Positions 10,619-18,801 of a stretch of 64,000 nucleotides of DNA are shown one piece after another (position 1 is the first letter of the stretch; each line of letters opens with the position of its first letter). The notes under the pieces are model-generated. The model did no database searches. It saw nothing but the letters and a program-made list of their open reading frames with translations, and was not told the origin of the DNA. The stretch is taken from assembly GCA_963840885.1 (NCBI GenBank), contig CAWJAN010000001.1, forward strand, positions 181,356 to 245,355, written 5' to 3'. The DNA is from an uncultured bacterium. Lineage in GTDB: Bacteria > Patescibacteriota > Minisyncoccia > Phycocordibacterales > GWA1-40-21. The translations under genes were made by a program, and so were the position numbers.

Positions 10619-11074
10619 TTATTCAATAATAATATCGAGTGACGGCTCTAACTTTTTGCATGCTTCTGCAATAAGACGCCGATGACAAAATTCTGGTGAT
10701 ATTTCAACGCATAAAATTGTAACATCGCGCTTGCAAGAAATCGCGTTCAATTCAGCCAGCCTTTTCTGAACCTTCGACATTTGCAAATACTCATTGAATT
10801 TTTCTGCAAATGCTTCCCAAGATAACTTGCCTTTGTAATATGATCCGACCAAAACAGGTCCTGGTGACAAATCCTGCCACCATTCATCAAAAGACTCTTT
10901 TGTAATATCTGAATCATGGGTGATGCCGTCACTTAAAGTATGGCGGCTCATGACTGATATGCGCAATTCATCTTTAGCTAATTTTTCAGCTTTTATGCAT
11001 TTTGTTTTTAGCGCCATTGTCTTTCTCCTTGGAATAAAAGGGCTTTCCTTTCTTATAAATAACATAAATGGCAT
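10619..11074 (-). CDS. DUF488 family protein
   Basis: The C-terminal TILCVEISPEFCHRRLIAEACKKL matches the DUF488 signature (LLC.E..P..CHR..L). The true start is probably an internal Met (MALKTK...). Confidence 0.55.
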   Translation of the reverse strand: MPFMLFIRKESPFIPRRKTMALKTKCIKAEKLAKDELRISVMSRHTLSDGITHDSDITKESFDEWWQDLSPGPVLVGSYYKGKLSWEAFAEKFNEYLQMSKVQKRLAELNAISCKRDVTILCVEISPEFCHRRLIAEACKKLEPSLDIIIE

Positions 11075-11144
11075 GTATTATCAATACAACTATGGCTTCA
11101 TTCATTGCCTTTTCCAATTTTCTCTGTTATTTTAATAAGCTGAT

Positions 11145-11217
11145 GCACCCATAGCTCAGTTGGTAGAGCAGATCCCTCTTAAGGATACGGTCGTAGGTTC
11201 GATCCCTACTGGGTGCA
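11145..11217 (+). tRNA. tRNA-Lys(CTT)
   Basis: Acceptor GCACCCA/TGGGTGC. D-arm GCTCAGTTGGTAGAGC. Anticodon loop CTCTTAA gives anticodon CTT. T-loop TTCGATC. Confidence 0.85.
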
Positions 11218-11221
11218 CATT

Positions 11222-11302
11222 GGGCGGGTGGTGAAATGGTAGACACGCTAGCCTTAGGAGCTAGTGCCGCAAGGCATGGAGGTTCAAGTCCTCTCCCGCC
11301 CA
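11222..11302 (+). tRNA. tRNA-Leu(TAG)
   Basis: Acceptor GGGCGGG/CCCGCCC. Anticodon arm CTAGC-CTTAGGA-GCTAG gives anticodon TAG. Long variable arm. T-loop TTCAAGT. Confidence 0.85.
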
Positions 11303-11379
11303 CTAATGTTTTCTTGACTTTAACCTGTATAAAAACTAAAATCTTATCAGGCTGATCTTATCCTTTAAGGAGGTTAAAA

Positions 11380-11670
11380 GTGTCTCAATTAAGCAAGGAG
11401 CGCATACTGGATTTTTCACGTGTAAGCTTGCTGGTTTTCGGAGAAAATTTTGATGCCGAAAATAAAAATTTATTTGATATCCTCGTAATCCATACTTATG
11501 TCTCCGGGCATAAGACGCGAATCTTCAACGCTATCGTTGTGGCTCTCAGCAACAACGTCATGCTATACGCGGGATTCAAGGAGATTGAAAAATTTGTCAC
11601 GATACTTGAAAAAGGCATCGTGGAACACGGCAAGAAACTGCATCGCAAAGAACACAACAGTAAAAAATAA
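11380..11670 (+). CDS. Hypothetical protein (GTG start)
   Basis: 96-aa ORF preceded by a strong RBS AAGGAGG 8 nt upstream of GTG, and followed by a terminator hairpin. No recognisable domain. Confidence 0.4.
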   Translation: MSQLSKERILDFSRVSLLVFGENFDAENKNLFDILVIHTYVSGHKTRIFNAIVVALSNNVMLYAGFKEIEKFVTILEKGIVEHGKKLHRKEHNSKK

Positions 11671-11672
11671 AA

Positions 11673-11708
11673 ATCGCCGCATCTTCTATGGTATGGCGAT
11701 TTTTTTAT
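11673..11708. terminator. Terminator hairpin between convergent genes
   Basis: atcgcc...ggcgat stem followed by TTTTTTATTATTT. It lies between the + ORF ending at 11670 and the ribonucleotide reductase gene ending at 11716. Confidence 0.5.
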
Positions 11709-11715
11709 TATTTGA

Positions 11716-14019
11716 TTAAGCTATTTCGCAAGTTCCCCCAACACAAGCCAATTCTTTCTTTACATCGGTCTCATCCCTTTTCTCGTACGTGATGATCTTT
11801 GAATAATCAATGTGCTCGAATTTCTTTATCATTTCCTTGTATCTCTTTTCATCTATCTCTTCATAAGGCGCAAGCTGGTATACGTGATTGTCGCGCGGCA
11901 AGAATGAAAGCCCGCCGAGAATATCCCAGTTTTCATAAAGCCAGTTTGCCACCTCTATCCATTCGCCGTCTCCGACAGAAACGGTAACGGAAGGATTGTG
12001 CTCGGTAAAATTCAATTTGACCATCTTCCAATGCTCAAGCTGCTGCAAAGCTGTCTGGTCATCTTTGAATATCGAGCCTTTCGGAGATTTGACCGGAAAT
12101 TCGAACACGAAAGTATTTGCTGTTTCTTTTGTCTGACCCACTTCAGGGAAATAAGGGACTCCCTGGTCGCGAAGCATTTTGAAAAGCGAATCTGTCGCGG
12201 AAATCCTGACTCTTCTTATATAATATGGCGCATATCTAGGATGCATTCCTGAAGAAAAGTTGAAAGTCTGGGAAGAATTTCCATCCGGCTTCACGCATGT
12301 AATCGCGGTTGAAGGAGTGACGCCGAATCTTTTGGCAAAAATTTTATTGGTTTTTATCGTTTCGTCCCTCATTTTCTGGAGCATTTTCGGAGTTCGCACC
12401 AGTTCGCAGTCCCATTGCCCTGCAAGACCCACGCCGAGCAATCTTTCCCTTTCGCAATTCTCTTTCCATTCCTTTGACAGATATGGGAAATTAGTAAGGG
12501 TAGACTGATAGGTGCCTATTATGGTGGCTATCCTTGTTTTTCTGAGTATTGAAGCTTCTGTATCGCCTTCCCTGGCTATTACATTCGTAAGGTTGCAGAA
12601 TTGCTTGGATTGCAGGATTATTTCACCGCAAGGATTAACGCCTATAAGCGGCTTATTGGTAAGCGCATGGCCGTCATATACGCCATCCTGCTTCCAGATT
12701 TTCAGCCTCCTTTCCGGAAGAGTATTCGGTATGCTACCCCTGTTGAATATTCCCCTTTCTCCTGTGCCGGATTTCATAAGGGCAATCCATTCGTCCATGA
12801 ATTCCTCTTCTGTCGGCTTTTGCATATAAACTGCAGAGTTGTTGGCTAGAGACCTTTGGCCTTCCGTAAGATAAAACTGGCCTTTTTTGGCATCGCGTAT
12901 CTTTTCATCCTCCAAATCAGAAAGAGAAATCATGGCGCTTCTTCTGACACCGCCGGAAACGACAATTTCTCCGATTTTGCACATGATGTCATGCGCGTCT
13001 ATATTTTCCAATCTCTTTCCCTGTCTTTTCAATATCTTGGCGCGCGCGAAATCCAAAAGATTTCTGAGAGGATCGGGTCCCGAAGATTTTCCTCCCATAG
13101 TTTTAAGCCTGGCTCCTGCCGGGCGGAGTTTTGAATAATCGAATTCTATGTCCATTCCATCTGCCCAAGTTTTGAGACCGAGAGTCAGAGAATCGCACCA
13201 GCCTTCTTTGCTGTCATCAACAATATGCGTAGGCAATTTTTTCCCGGTCTGTCTCTGGATTTGTGGTAAAGCCTGGATGTTCAAACTCTCAGCCGACCAT
13301 CCTACTCCTGTACCGCACATGCAGATGTACATTATCTCCGCAAAATCCTGCCACTTGTTCGGAGCAATGTAAGAGCAATTGTATGCACAGACATTTGTCC
13401 TGTCCGCTGCTGGTCCGGCAAATTGCAAAAGCCTCATCGAAGGCATTGCTTCCTGTTTCAGGATAGCTTCGCGGATTTCTTTGTATTCGGCATCTGTAAG
13501 TTTTTTTCCGAGATTTTTTTTCATGAAGGCCATGTATCTGTCCACGGTTTCAATCCAAGTTTCCCTCCTTTCCTCTTCCGGAATCCATTTTGAATATGTC
13601 CTGTAATAAACGAATTCGCCTAAAGGATTGCTGAAATATTTTTTGCTTTCTTCGGCAAGTTTTTTAAGATGAGGAGGAACAACCAAGCCTTGTGATCTTA
13701 TACTGTTTCTTTCCTGTCTGTATAATATGTATTCTTTCGATGATTTTACGTATTCTGAAAGTATGAGTTCCTTTTCCACTATATCCTGTATTCCTTCAAC
13801 GTCCGGCAAAAAATCCTTGAATTTCTTGGCTATTCTGACAAGTTCGGCTAAAACCTTATTCGCAACAAGCTCGGCTTCTTCAGTGGATCCCTCACCGCTT
13901 ACCGCCATCGCTTTGCTTATGGCATTTGTGATTTTTTGAAGATTAAAAGGGACTACCTGACCGTCTCTTTTCTTGATGCTCTTTATAAGGTGAGATCTGC
14001 CTGCTCCAGTTTTTACCAT
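11716..14019 (-). CDS. Ribonucleotide reductase catalytic subunit with N-terminal ATP-cone; class II (B12-dependent)-like or NrdA-like
   Basis: N-terminal ATP-cone (IKKRDGQVVPFNLQKITNAISKA). Active-site NPCGEIILQ...FCNLTNV (thiyl-radical Cys/Glu loop shared by class I/II reductases). C-terminal redox-shuttle cysteines CVGGTCEIA. No glycyl-radical RVCGY motif, so not class III. No small-subunit (nrdB) gene in the window, which favours a monomeric class II enzyme (inference). Confidence 0.85.
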   Translation of the reverse strand: MVKTGAGRSHLIKSIKKRDGQVVPFNLQKITNAISKAMAVSGEGSTEEAELVANKVLAELVRIAKKFKDFLPDVEGIQDIVEKELILSEYVKSSKEYILYRQERNSIRSQGLVVPPHLKKLAEESKKYFSNPLGEFVYYRTYSKWIPEEERRETWIETVDRYMAFMKKNLGKKLTDAEYKEIREAILKQEAMPSMRLLQFAGPAADRTNVCAYNCSYIAPNKWQDFAEIMYICMCGTGVGWSAESLNIQALPQIQRQTGKKLPTHIVDDSKEGWCDSLTLGLKTWADGMDIEFDYSKLRPAGARLKTMGGKSSGPDPLRNLLDFARAKILKRQGKRLENIDAHDIMCKIGEIVVSGGVRRSAMISLSDLEDEKIRDAKKGQFYLTEGQRSLANNSAVYMQKPTEEEFMDEWIALMKSGTGERGIFNRGSIPNTLPERRLKIWKQDGVYDGHALTNKPLIGVNPCGEIILQSKQFCNLTNVIAREGDTEASILRKTRIATIIGTYQSTLTNFPYLSKEWKENCERERLLGVGLAGQWDCELVRTPKMLQKMRDETIKTNKIFAKRFGVTPSTAITCVKPDGNSSQTFNFSSGMHPRYAPYYIRRVRISATDSLFKMLRDQGVPYFPEVGQTKETANTFVFEFPVKSPKGSIFKDDQTALQQLEHWKMVKLNFTEHNPSVTVSVGDGEWIEVANWLYENWDILGGLSFLPRDNHVYQLAPYEEIDEKRYKEMIKKFEHIDYSKIITYEKRDETDVKKELACVGGTCEIA

Positions 14020-14261
14020 TTTTTTAAAATTATTTTGCCGTTTGCTTGCACAAGTTCGCTTCGGGCTTGTTTGTAAATTGTTTTAATAATTTTAACCCAA
14101 CAACAGAAAGAAAAAAACATAAAATGGCTGTTTTTTAGGAAAATAAATTAAAAATCTGACAGTGTAAAGAACCTCACTGTAATACGCCTTAAAAATATGG
14201 AGATTTTAGGGTGTTTTTTTACAAAAAGCCTTCCGGCTCTTTTTTATTTTATGTTTTAAAA

Positions 14262-14292
14262 TGAAAAATGCCGGTTTGAACGGCATTTTTCT
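14262..14292. terminator. Bidirectional terminator hairpin
   Basis: aaaaatgccg-gtttgaa-cggcattttt. T-run on the minus strand directly downstream of the DUF192 gene. Confidence 0.55.
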
Positions 14293-14310
14293 TAAAAAAT
14301 CCGGTAAATC

Positions 14311-14784
14311 TTATAAAAATTTCATACTATCACCTACTTTTATATTATTTTTATCTGAAAATCCGGCTGGCACTTCCAAAACATATCTTGCTTCATAATT
14401 TTCTCCGAAAACCGTCGGGTAAGTATCCGTCGCCAGATTTTTTTCAACTCCAACTACTGAGAAGCTATCAGAAATCCATAAAATATCCAGCGGAAATTCC
14501 ATATCCTTCATCCAAAATCCGTAATTCCCCGGCTTATCAAAGGCAAAGAGCATTCCTTCATCAGCATTCAATCCGGTTTTTCCAGAAAGGCCGAGCGTAA
14601 GCTTGCAATAATCGTCTGCAATAATTGTTTTTAGATTTTTGTTTCCCAAAATAATATCCTGTTCTGAATAATTTCCGCATTCGCTCGTATATATAGGCCC
14701 AGTTATGAAATTCCTATAGACAAAAATCCCTAGTATAAAAATAATCAGAATTCCGAGTATAACGGCTAAGATTTTGTTTTTCAT
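14311..14784 (-). CDS. DUF192 (COG1430) family secreted/membrane-anchored protein
   Basis: N-terminal TM helix, then GMLFAFDKPGNYGFWMKDMEFPLDILWISD...YVLEVPAGF matching the DUF192 pattern (GMLF..FWMKN..PLDI.F...YVLE). Confidence 0.6.
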   Translation of the reverse strand: MKNKILAVILGILIIFILGIFVYRNFITGPIYTSECGNYSEQDIILGNKNLKTIIADDYCKLTLGLSGKTGLNADEGMLFAFDKPGNYGFWMKDMEFPLDILWISDSFSVVGVEKNLATDTYPTVFGENYEARYVLEVPAGFSDKNNIKVGDSMKFL

Positions 14785-14799
14785 GATATCAATTTATTC

Positions 14800-14888
14800 T
14801 GGCGGAGGGTGCGAGATTCGAACTCGCGGTGGATTGCTCCACACAGACTTTCCAGGTCTGCGCACTAGACCAACTATGCGAACCCTCC
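14800..14888 (-). tRNA. tRNA-Ser(GGA)
   Basis: The reverse complement gives acceptor GGAGGGT/ACCCTCC, anticodon arm CAGAC-CTGGAAA-GTCTG (anticodon GGA), a long variable arm, T-loop TTCGAAT and an encoded CCA. Confidence 0.85.
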
Positions 14889-14956
14889 ATACACCGCATC
14901 ATACTTGAAAAAAATATTTTTTCAATTGAGTTTTGGCAAACTGGCTGAAAAATTAT

Positions 14957-15643
14957 TCAGATAGAACGGTAGACTATAAGGCTGAGAACTGCAAAAAATA
15001 TCGCCGTATATAAAGTATATGTTGCCATTAGCAGGCTGAATTGGCTTCCCGTCATGAGAAATAGAAAGATAAATCCAACTCCTACGCTTTCAAGAACCAT
15101 TTTTATTTTTCCTATTGTCTTTGCGGGCACCACCTTTCCTTTGAATCTGTAATATGCGGAAGCAATGAGCAATAATTCTATAGAAATTATTGCGATCGCT
15201 ATCCTTGGGCTCAAAAATTCAAAAATTACTGTTCCGCCGACAATTCCTATAAGAAGCTTATCTGTGATAGGGTCGAATACTATTCCCCAATCAGTAATTT
15301 TTTTTCTTGTTCTTGCTATGGCGCCATCAAGCGCGTCCGAAAAGGCCGATATAACAAAAAGTACCGTGGCTGTTTCATATTGTCCGGTATTCAGCAGCCA
15401 TAATATGAAAGGAATGGAAACGAATCTGAAAACAGTCACATAATTCGGCCTTACCCATGAAGGGAAAGCCCAAAGAAAAAGGCTATCTATTATTCTGTCG
15501 GTAAAAGTCACCTTGGCTATATATTCCGGCCTAGGATCGTCAAAAACCCTGAAAAGGAGCCTCTTTATATCGATTTTTTGAGCTACCTTCTGTGCAACTT
15601 TTCCCTTGAAAACAAGCTTTTTATCTGGATTTTCGTTTTGCAT
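14957..15643 (-). CDS. CDP-alcohol phosphatidyltransferase family protein
   Basis: Multi-TM protein with the family motif DALDGAIAR...G...D...D (AFSDALDGAIARTRKKITDWGIVFDPITD). Substrate specificity not assignable. Confidence 0.75.
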   Translation of the reverse strand: MQNENPDKKLVFKGKVAQKVAQKIDIKRLLFRVFDDPRPEYIAKVTFTDRIIDSLFLWAFPSWVRPNYVTVFRFVSIPFILWLLNTGQYETATVLFVISAFSDALDGAIARTRKKITDWGIVFDPITDKLLIGIVGGTVIFEFLSPRIAIAIISIELLLIASAYYRFKGKVVPAKTIGKIKMVLESVGVGFIFLFLMTGSQFSLLMATYTLYTAIFFAVLSLIVYRSI

Positions 15644-16310
15644 TTCTCTTTATCTTTTTTTTCATGCGTGAAGAAATATTTTGAAGATCGCTGTATTTTA
15701 CAGTCTTATTTTTGCCGGTTACCTTGGCTTTGTACATCGCCGTATCAGCTTCCTTTACGACTTTTTCCGCCGAGATGCCGCTTGCCTGCGCTACTCCTAT
15801 ACTCACGGTAACTTTTATCTTATCGTAATCCGGAATCTTTATTTCATTTATCTTCAATCTGAGTCCCTCAGCCTTATCATACGCTTCATTTTCATCGGCA
15901 CCCAATAGCATGACACCCATCTCTTCTCCTCCAAGCCTTGCCGGAAAATCCCTGTCCCATATCTTTCTTTTTAAAACGCCGGCGACAGTTTTTAAAACCC
16001 TGTCCCCTATGGCATGTCCGTAAGTATCGTTTATTTTTTTGAAATTATCTATGTCTATGAACAAGACGGATATCTTGGTGAAACCGAAATGCTCGTGCCT
16101 TTCGTGGTGATCCTTATGAAAGATCATGCTTAGATTTTTTACCAGCTCTTCGTAAAAAAATTGCCTTGTTTTCAGTCCCGTCAGGCTGTCATGTATGATG
16201 TCCTGTTCCAAAGTCTTTATCTTTTTTTTCAATTGGAAATTTTCCTTCTGCAGATTGACCACCTGGAAAAACATCTTTAGCTTGTCTACATTTGATAATT
16301 CTTTTGCCAT
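15621..16310 (-). CDS. GGDEF-domain diguanylate cyclase-like protein (GGEEM variant)
   Basis: An N-terminal coiled coil, then a GGDEF domain: DSLTGLKTRQFF, ISVLFIDIDNFKKINDTYGH, and the A-site RLGGEEM (F to M). The I-site RxxD is only partly present (WDRD...). Confidence 0.78.
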   Translation of the reverse strand: MAKELSNVDKLKMFFQVVNLQKENFQLKKKIKTLEQDIIHDSLTGLKTRQFFYEELVKNLSMIFHKDHHERHEHFGFTKISVLFIDIDNFKKINDTYGHAIGDRVLKTVAGVLKRKIWDRDFPARLGGEEMGVMLLGADENEAYDKAEGLRLKINEIKIPDYDKIKVTVSIGVAQASGISAEKVVKEADTAMYKAKVTGKNKTVKYSDLQNISSRMKKKIKRNAKRKSR

Positions 16311-16312
16311 AT

Positions 16313-17194
16313 TTAATTCATATTAGTTAATGCCTTGATTCTTTCTTCAACCGGCGGATGAGTGCTGAAAAGATTTGAGACCTTCTTGCCTGCATTGCCG
16401 AAAGGATTCGCTATGAAAAGATGCGCTGTGGCGTGATTTGGATTTTTCATCGGAATATTTGCAGCGGAAATCTTACGCAATGCCGAAGCAAGTCCTTCAG
16501 GATATCTTGTCAGAAGCGCCCCCGATGCGTCCGCTAAAAACTCCCTTTTTCTGGATATGGCAAGCTGTATAAGCGTAGCCGCAATCGGTGATAATATTAT
16601 AAAAATAATTCCTATAATCTGCAAAATGCCTCCGCCCTTCTCCTCGTCGCTTCTTCCGAAAAACATTCCTCTTGTGAAAATATTGGCAAGGATTGATACG
16701 AATCCTACAAGAACAACTACTATAGTGGAAAGCAGTATATCCCTGTTCCCTATATGAGAAAGCTCGTGCGCTATAACTCCTTCAAGCTCATTTTTATCAA
16801 GTATTTTCAAAAGACCGGTTGTTACGCATACGGTAGCGTGATTTTTATCCCTGCCGGTAGCAAAAGCGTTAGGAGAAGGATCGCTTATTATGAAAACTTT
16901 CGGCATAGGCAGCCCAGCTGTAATGGAAAGATTCTGCACATCATTATAAAGGTCGAAATATTCTTCCCTTTTAGCTTCTTTTGCTCCGGACATCGAAAGG
17001 ACTATTTTGTCTGAATACCAATATCCGGCTATATTCATTAAGACGCTGAAGATTATGGCTATGTACAATATGCTTTCGTCATTATAGTAATAGCTTATGA
17101 AATATCCTATTCCTATGACTAAAGATAAAAACATGGCCATTAAAAACCATGTTTTTGTTACATTCTTTGACTGTTGTGTATACAGCGTCGCCAC
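16313..17194 (-). CDS. htpX: Zinc metalloprotease HtpX (peptidase M48)
   Basis: HELSHIGNRD HExxH motif. Four TM segments arranged as in HtpX. It is of HtpX size (293 aa). Confidence 0.85.
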   Translation of the reverse strand: MATLYTQQSKNVTKTWFLMAMFLSLVIGIGYFISYYYNDESILYIAIIFSVLMNIAGYWYSDKIVLSMSGAKEAKREEYFDLYNDVQNLSITAGLPMPKVFIISDPSPNAFATGRDKNHATVCVTTGLLKILDKNELEGVIAHELSHIGNRDILLSTIVVVLVGFVSILANIFTRGMFFGRSDEEKGGGILQIIGIIFIILSPIAATLIQLAISRKREFLADASGALLTRYPEGLASALRKISAANIPMKNPNHATAHLFIANPFGNAGKKVSNLFSTHPPVEERIKALTNMN

Positions 17195-17210
17195 TTTAAT
17201 TTTTACTTAA

Positions 17211-17687
17211 CTATGCTATATGATGCGCCTGATGATGGTATTCCGACTTTCCGAAACCTAAGATAGGATAAAATATGAATGGAAGAAAAATCAACCCTAG
17301 AGTGAACCATATTCCTCTTTTGAAGACTTTCGAGAGTTCATAAACGACTATCAATCCCACGACCATATTCACAAATGGAACGAAATACAGCAGAACCCAC
17401 CACAGCGGCCTGTTTATGACTTCAAGCATCACTACAAGATTGTATATCGGAACGATTGAGGCCCATCCGGGCTTGCCGGCTTTTTTGAAGATCCTCCATA
17501 TTCCTGCAATAGTAAAAATTGAAACCAAAAATGTTATGAGGAATATGAACGGCGTGAGCCATACTATTCCGATGAATGCTAATGCTTCTTTCTGGCAAGG
17601 GACCATCTGCCCGTTTACCCAGCAGAAAACATTCGGATGGTTAGACCAGGAATATGCGGAAGCGAATAAACTTGAAAATGAATTCAT
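17211..17687 (-). CDS. Small multi-TM membrane protein (DUF5684-like)
   Basis: AGKPGWASIVPIYNLVVMLEVINRPLWWVLLYFVPFVN resembles the DUF5684 membrane-protein signature. No catalytic motifs. Confidence 0.4.
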   Translation of the reverse strand: MNSFSSLFASAYSWSNHPNVFCWVNGQMVPCQKEALAFIGIVWLTPFIFLITFLVSIFTIAGIWRIFKKAGKPGWASIVPIYNLVVMLEVINRPLWWVLLYFVPFVNMVVGLIVVYELSKVFKRGIWFTLGLIFLPFIFYPILGFGKSEYHHQAHHIA

Positions 17688-17713
17688 AATATTTTTAAAT
17701 TAAAGCTTATAAT

Positions 17714-18268
17714 TTAAAACTTTACATCAACGGGCTTTTTTGCTGCAGCATCTGATTCATCAAGGGTGAACATTTCCATCTTCATGAAGTGAAAAACTTT
17801 GGCTACCATATTGCTCGGAAAAGAATCTATGGCTATGTTTAAGTCCCTTACATTGCCGTTATAAAACCTTCTTGCAGACTGTATCTTGTTTTCGGTATCG
17901 GAAAGCTCCGCCTGCAAAGACAGGAAGTTCTGGTTGGCCTTAAGATCCGGATATGCTTCTGCAATGGCAAAGACGCTTTTCAGCGCGCTTGCAAGAGCGT
18001 TTTCTGTTTTGCCTTTGTCTACTATGTTCTGCGCTCCCATTGCCGCAGCCCTTGCCTTTGTAACATTTTCAAATGCCTCGCTTTCATGAGCGGCATAACC
18101 TTTTACGGTATTTACAAGATTCGGAATAAGGTCGTATCTCCTTTTAAGCTGTACATCTATGTCAGACCAGGCTTCCTTTGCCCTGTTTATGAAAGTTATG
18201 AATTTATTGTATGAATAAATTCCCCATACAACGATGACCAATAAAATAACCAATAATATATTACCCAT
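17714..18268 (-). CDS. lemA: LemA family protein
   Basis: N-terminal TM helix, then the LemA signature (YNKFITFINRAKEAWSDIDVQLKRRYDLIPNLV...FLSLQAELSDTENKIQSARRFYNGNVRDLN). Confidence 0.85.
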   Translation of the reverse strand: MGNILLVILLVIVVWGIYSYNKFITFINRAKEAWSDIDVQLKRRYDLIPNLVNTVKGYAAHESEAFENVTKARAAAMGAQNIVDKGKTENALASALKSVFAIAEAYPDLKANQNFLSLQAELSDTENKIQSARRFYNGNVRDLNIAIDSFPSNMVAKVFHFMKMEMFTLDESDAAAKKPVDVKF

Positions 18269-18435
18269 AACGATTGAAATAATTGCAAATAAATGAGCGT
18301 TTTAGTTCTAAATTAGATTGCACTGCTCAAAAAGCATTATATCATAACCGGCCGGAATATGAACAGGCTCTTGAAATTGTCGCATTAAGCCTGTCTTTGA
18401 CTTTGAAATATTCTTTTGCTATACTTCCAGAGACA

Positions 18436-18660
18436 ATGATATTCTTACCGTATTTACAGATAATTCTTGCCGTACTTCTTGTCGCGGCTATCTTAATGCA
18501 GAGATCCGAAGCTTCAACCGGAGGAATTTTTGGCGGTACTGACAATTGGAATGCCGCTTATCACACGAGACGCGGGTTCGAAAAGACGCTTTTCGATATA
18601 ACAATAGCTCTCGGCGTACTCTTTACGATTGCTTCGGTTTTGGCTCTTATATTGAAATAA
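18436..18660 (+). CDS. secG: Preprotein translocase subunit SecG
   Basis: 74 aa from an internal ATG. Two TM helices flanking ...LMQRSEASTGGIFGG..., which matches SecG (LLQ.GKG.G.G.FGG). The ORF-track N-terminal extension from 18283 looks non-coding. Confidence 0.7.
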   Translation: MIFLPYLQIILAVLLVAAILMQRSEASTGGIFGGTDNWNAAYHTRRGFEKTLFDITIALGVLFTIASVLALILK

Positions 18661-18801
18661 TATTCGCCAAGCACGCCACTGAATAATATTGTTGCACGTT
18701 ATTGCTGATTCATTACGTATAGTATATATATTATAAAAATAATTTTAATCTAAAAGAGGTTTGGCCATAATTACGGCCCGAATCGCACTCCTATAAGAAG
18801 A

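Noticed and set aside
18283-18435. 51-aa N-terminal extension of the secG ORF
   Set aside because: SecG is about 70-75 aa. The extension is hydrophilic, unlike any SecG, and the SecG TM1 starts at the internal Met.
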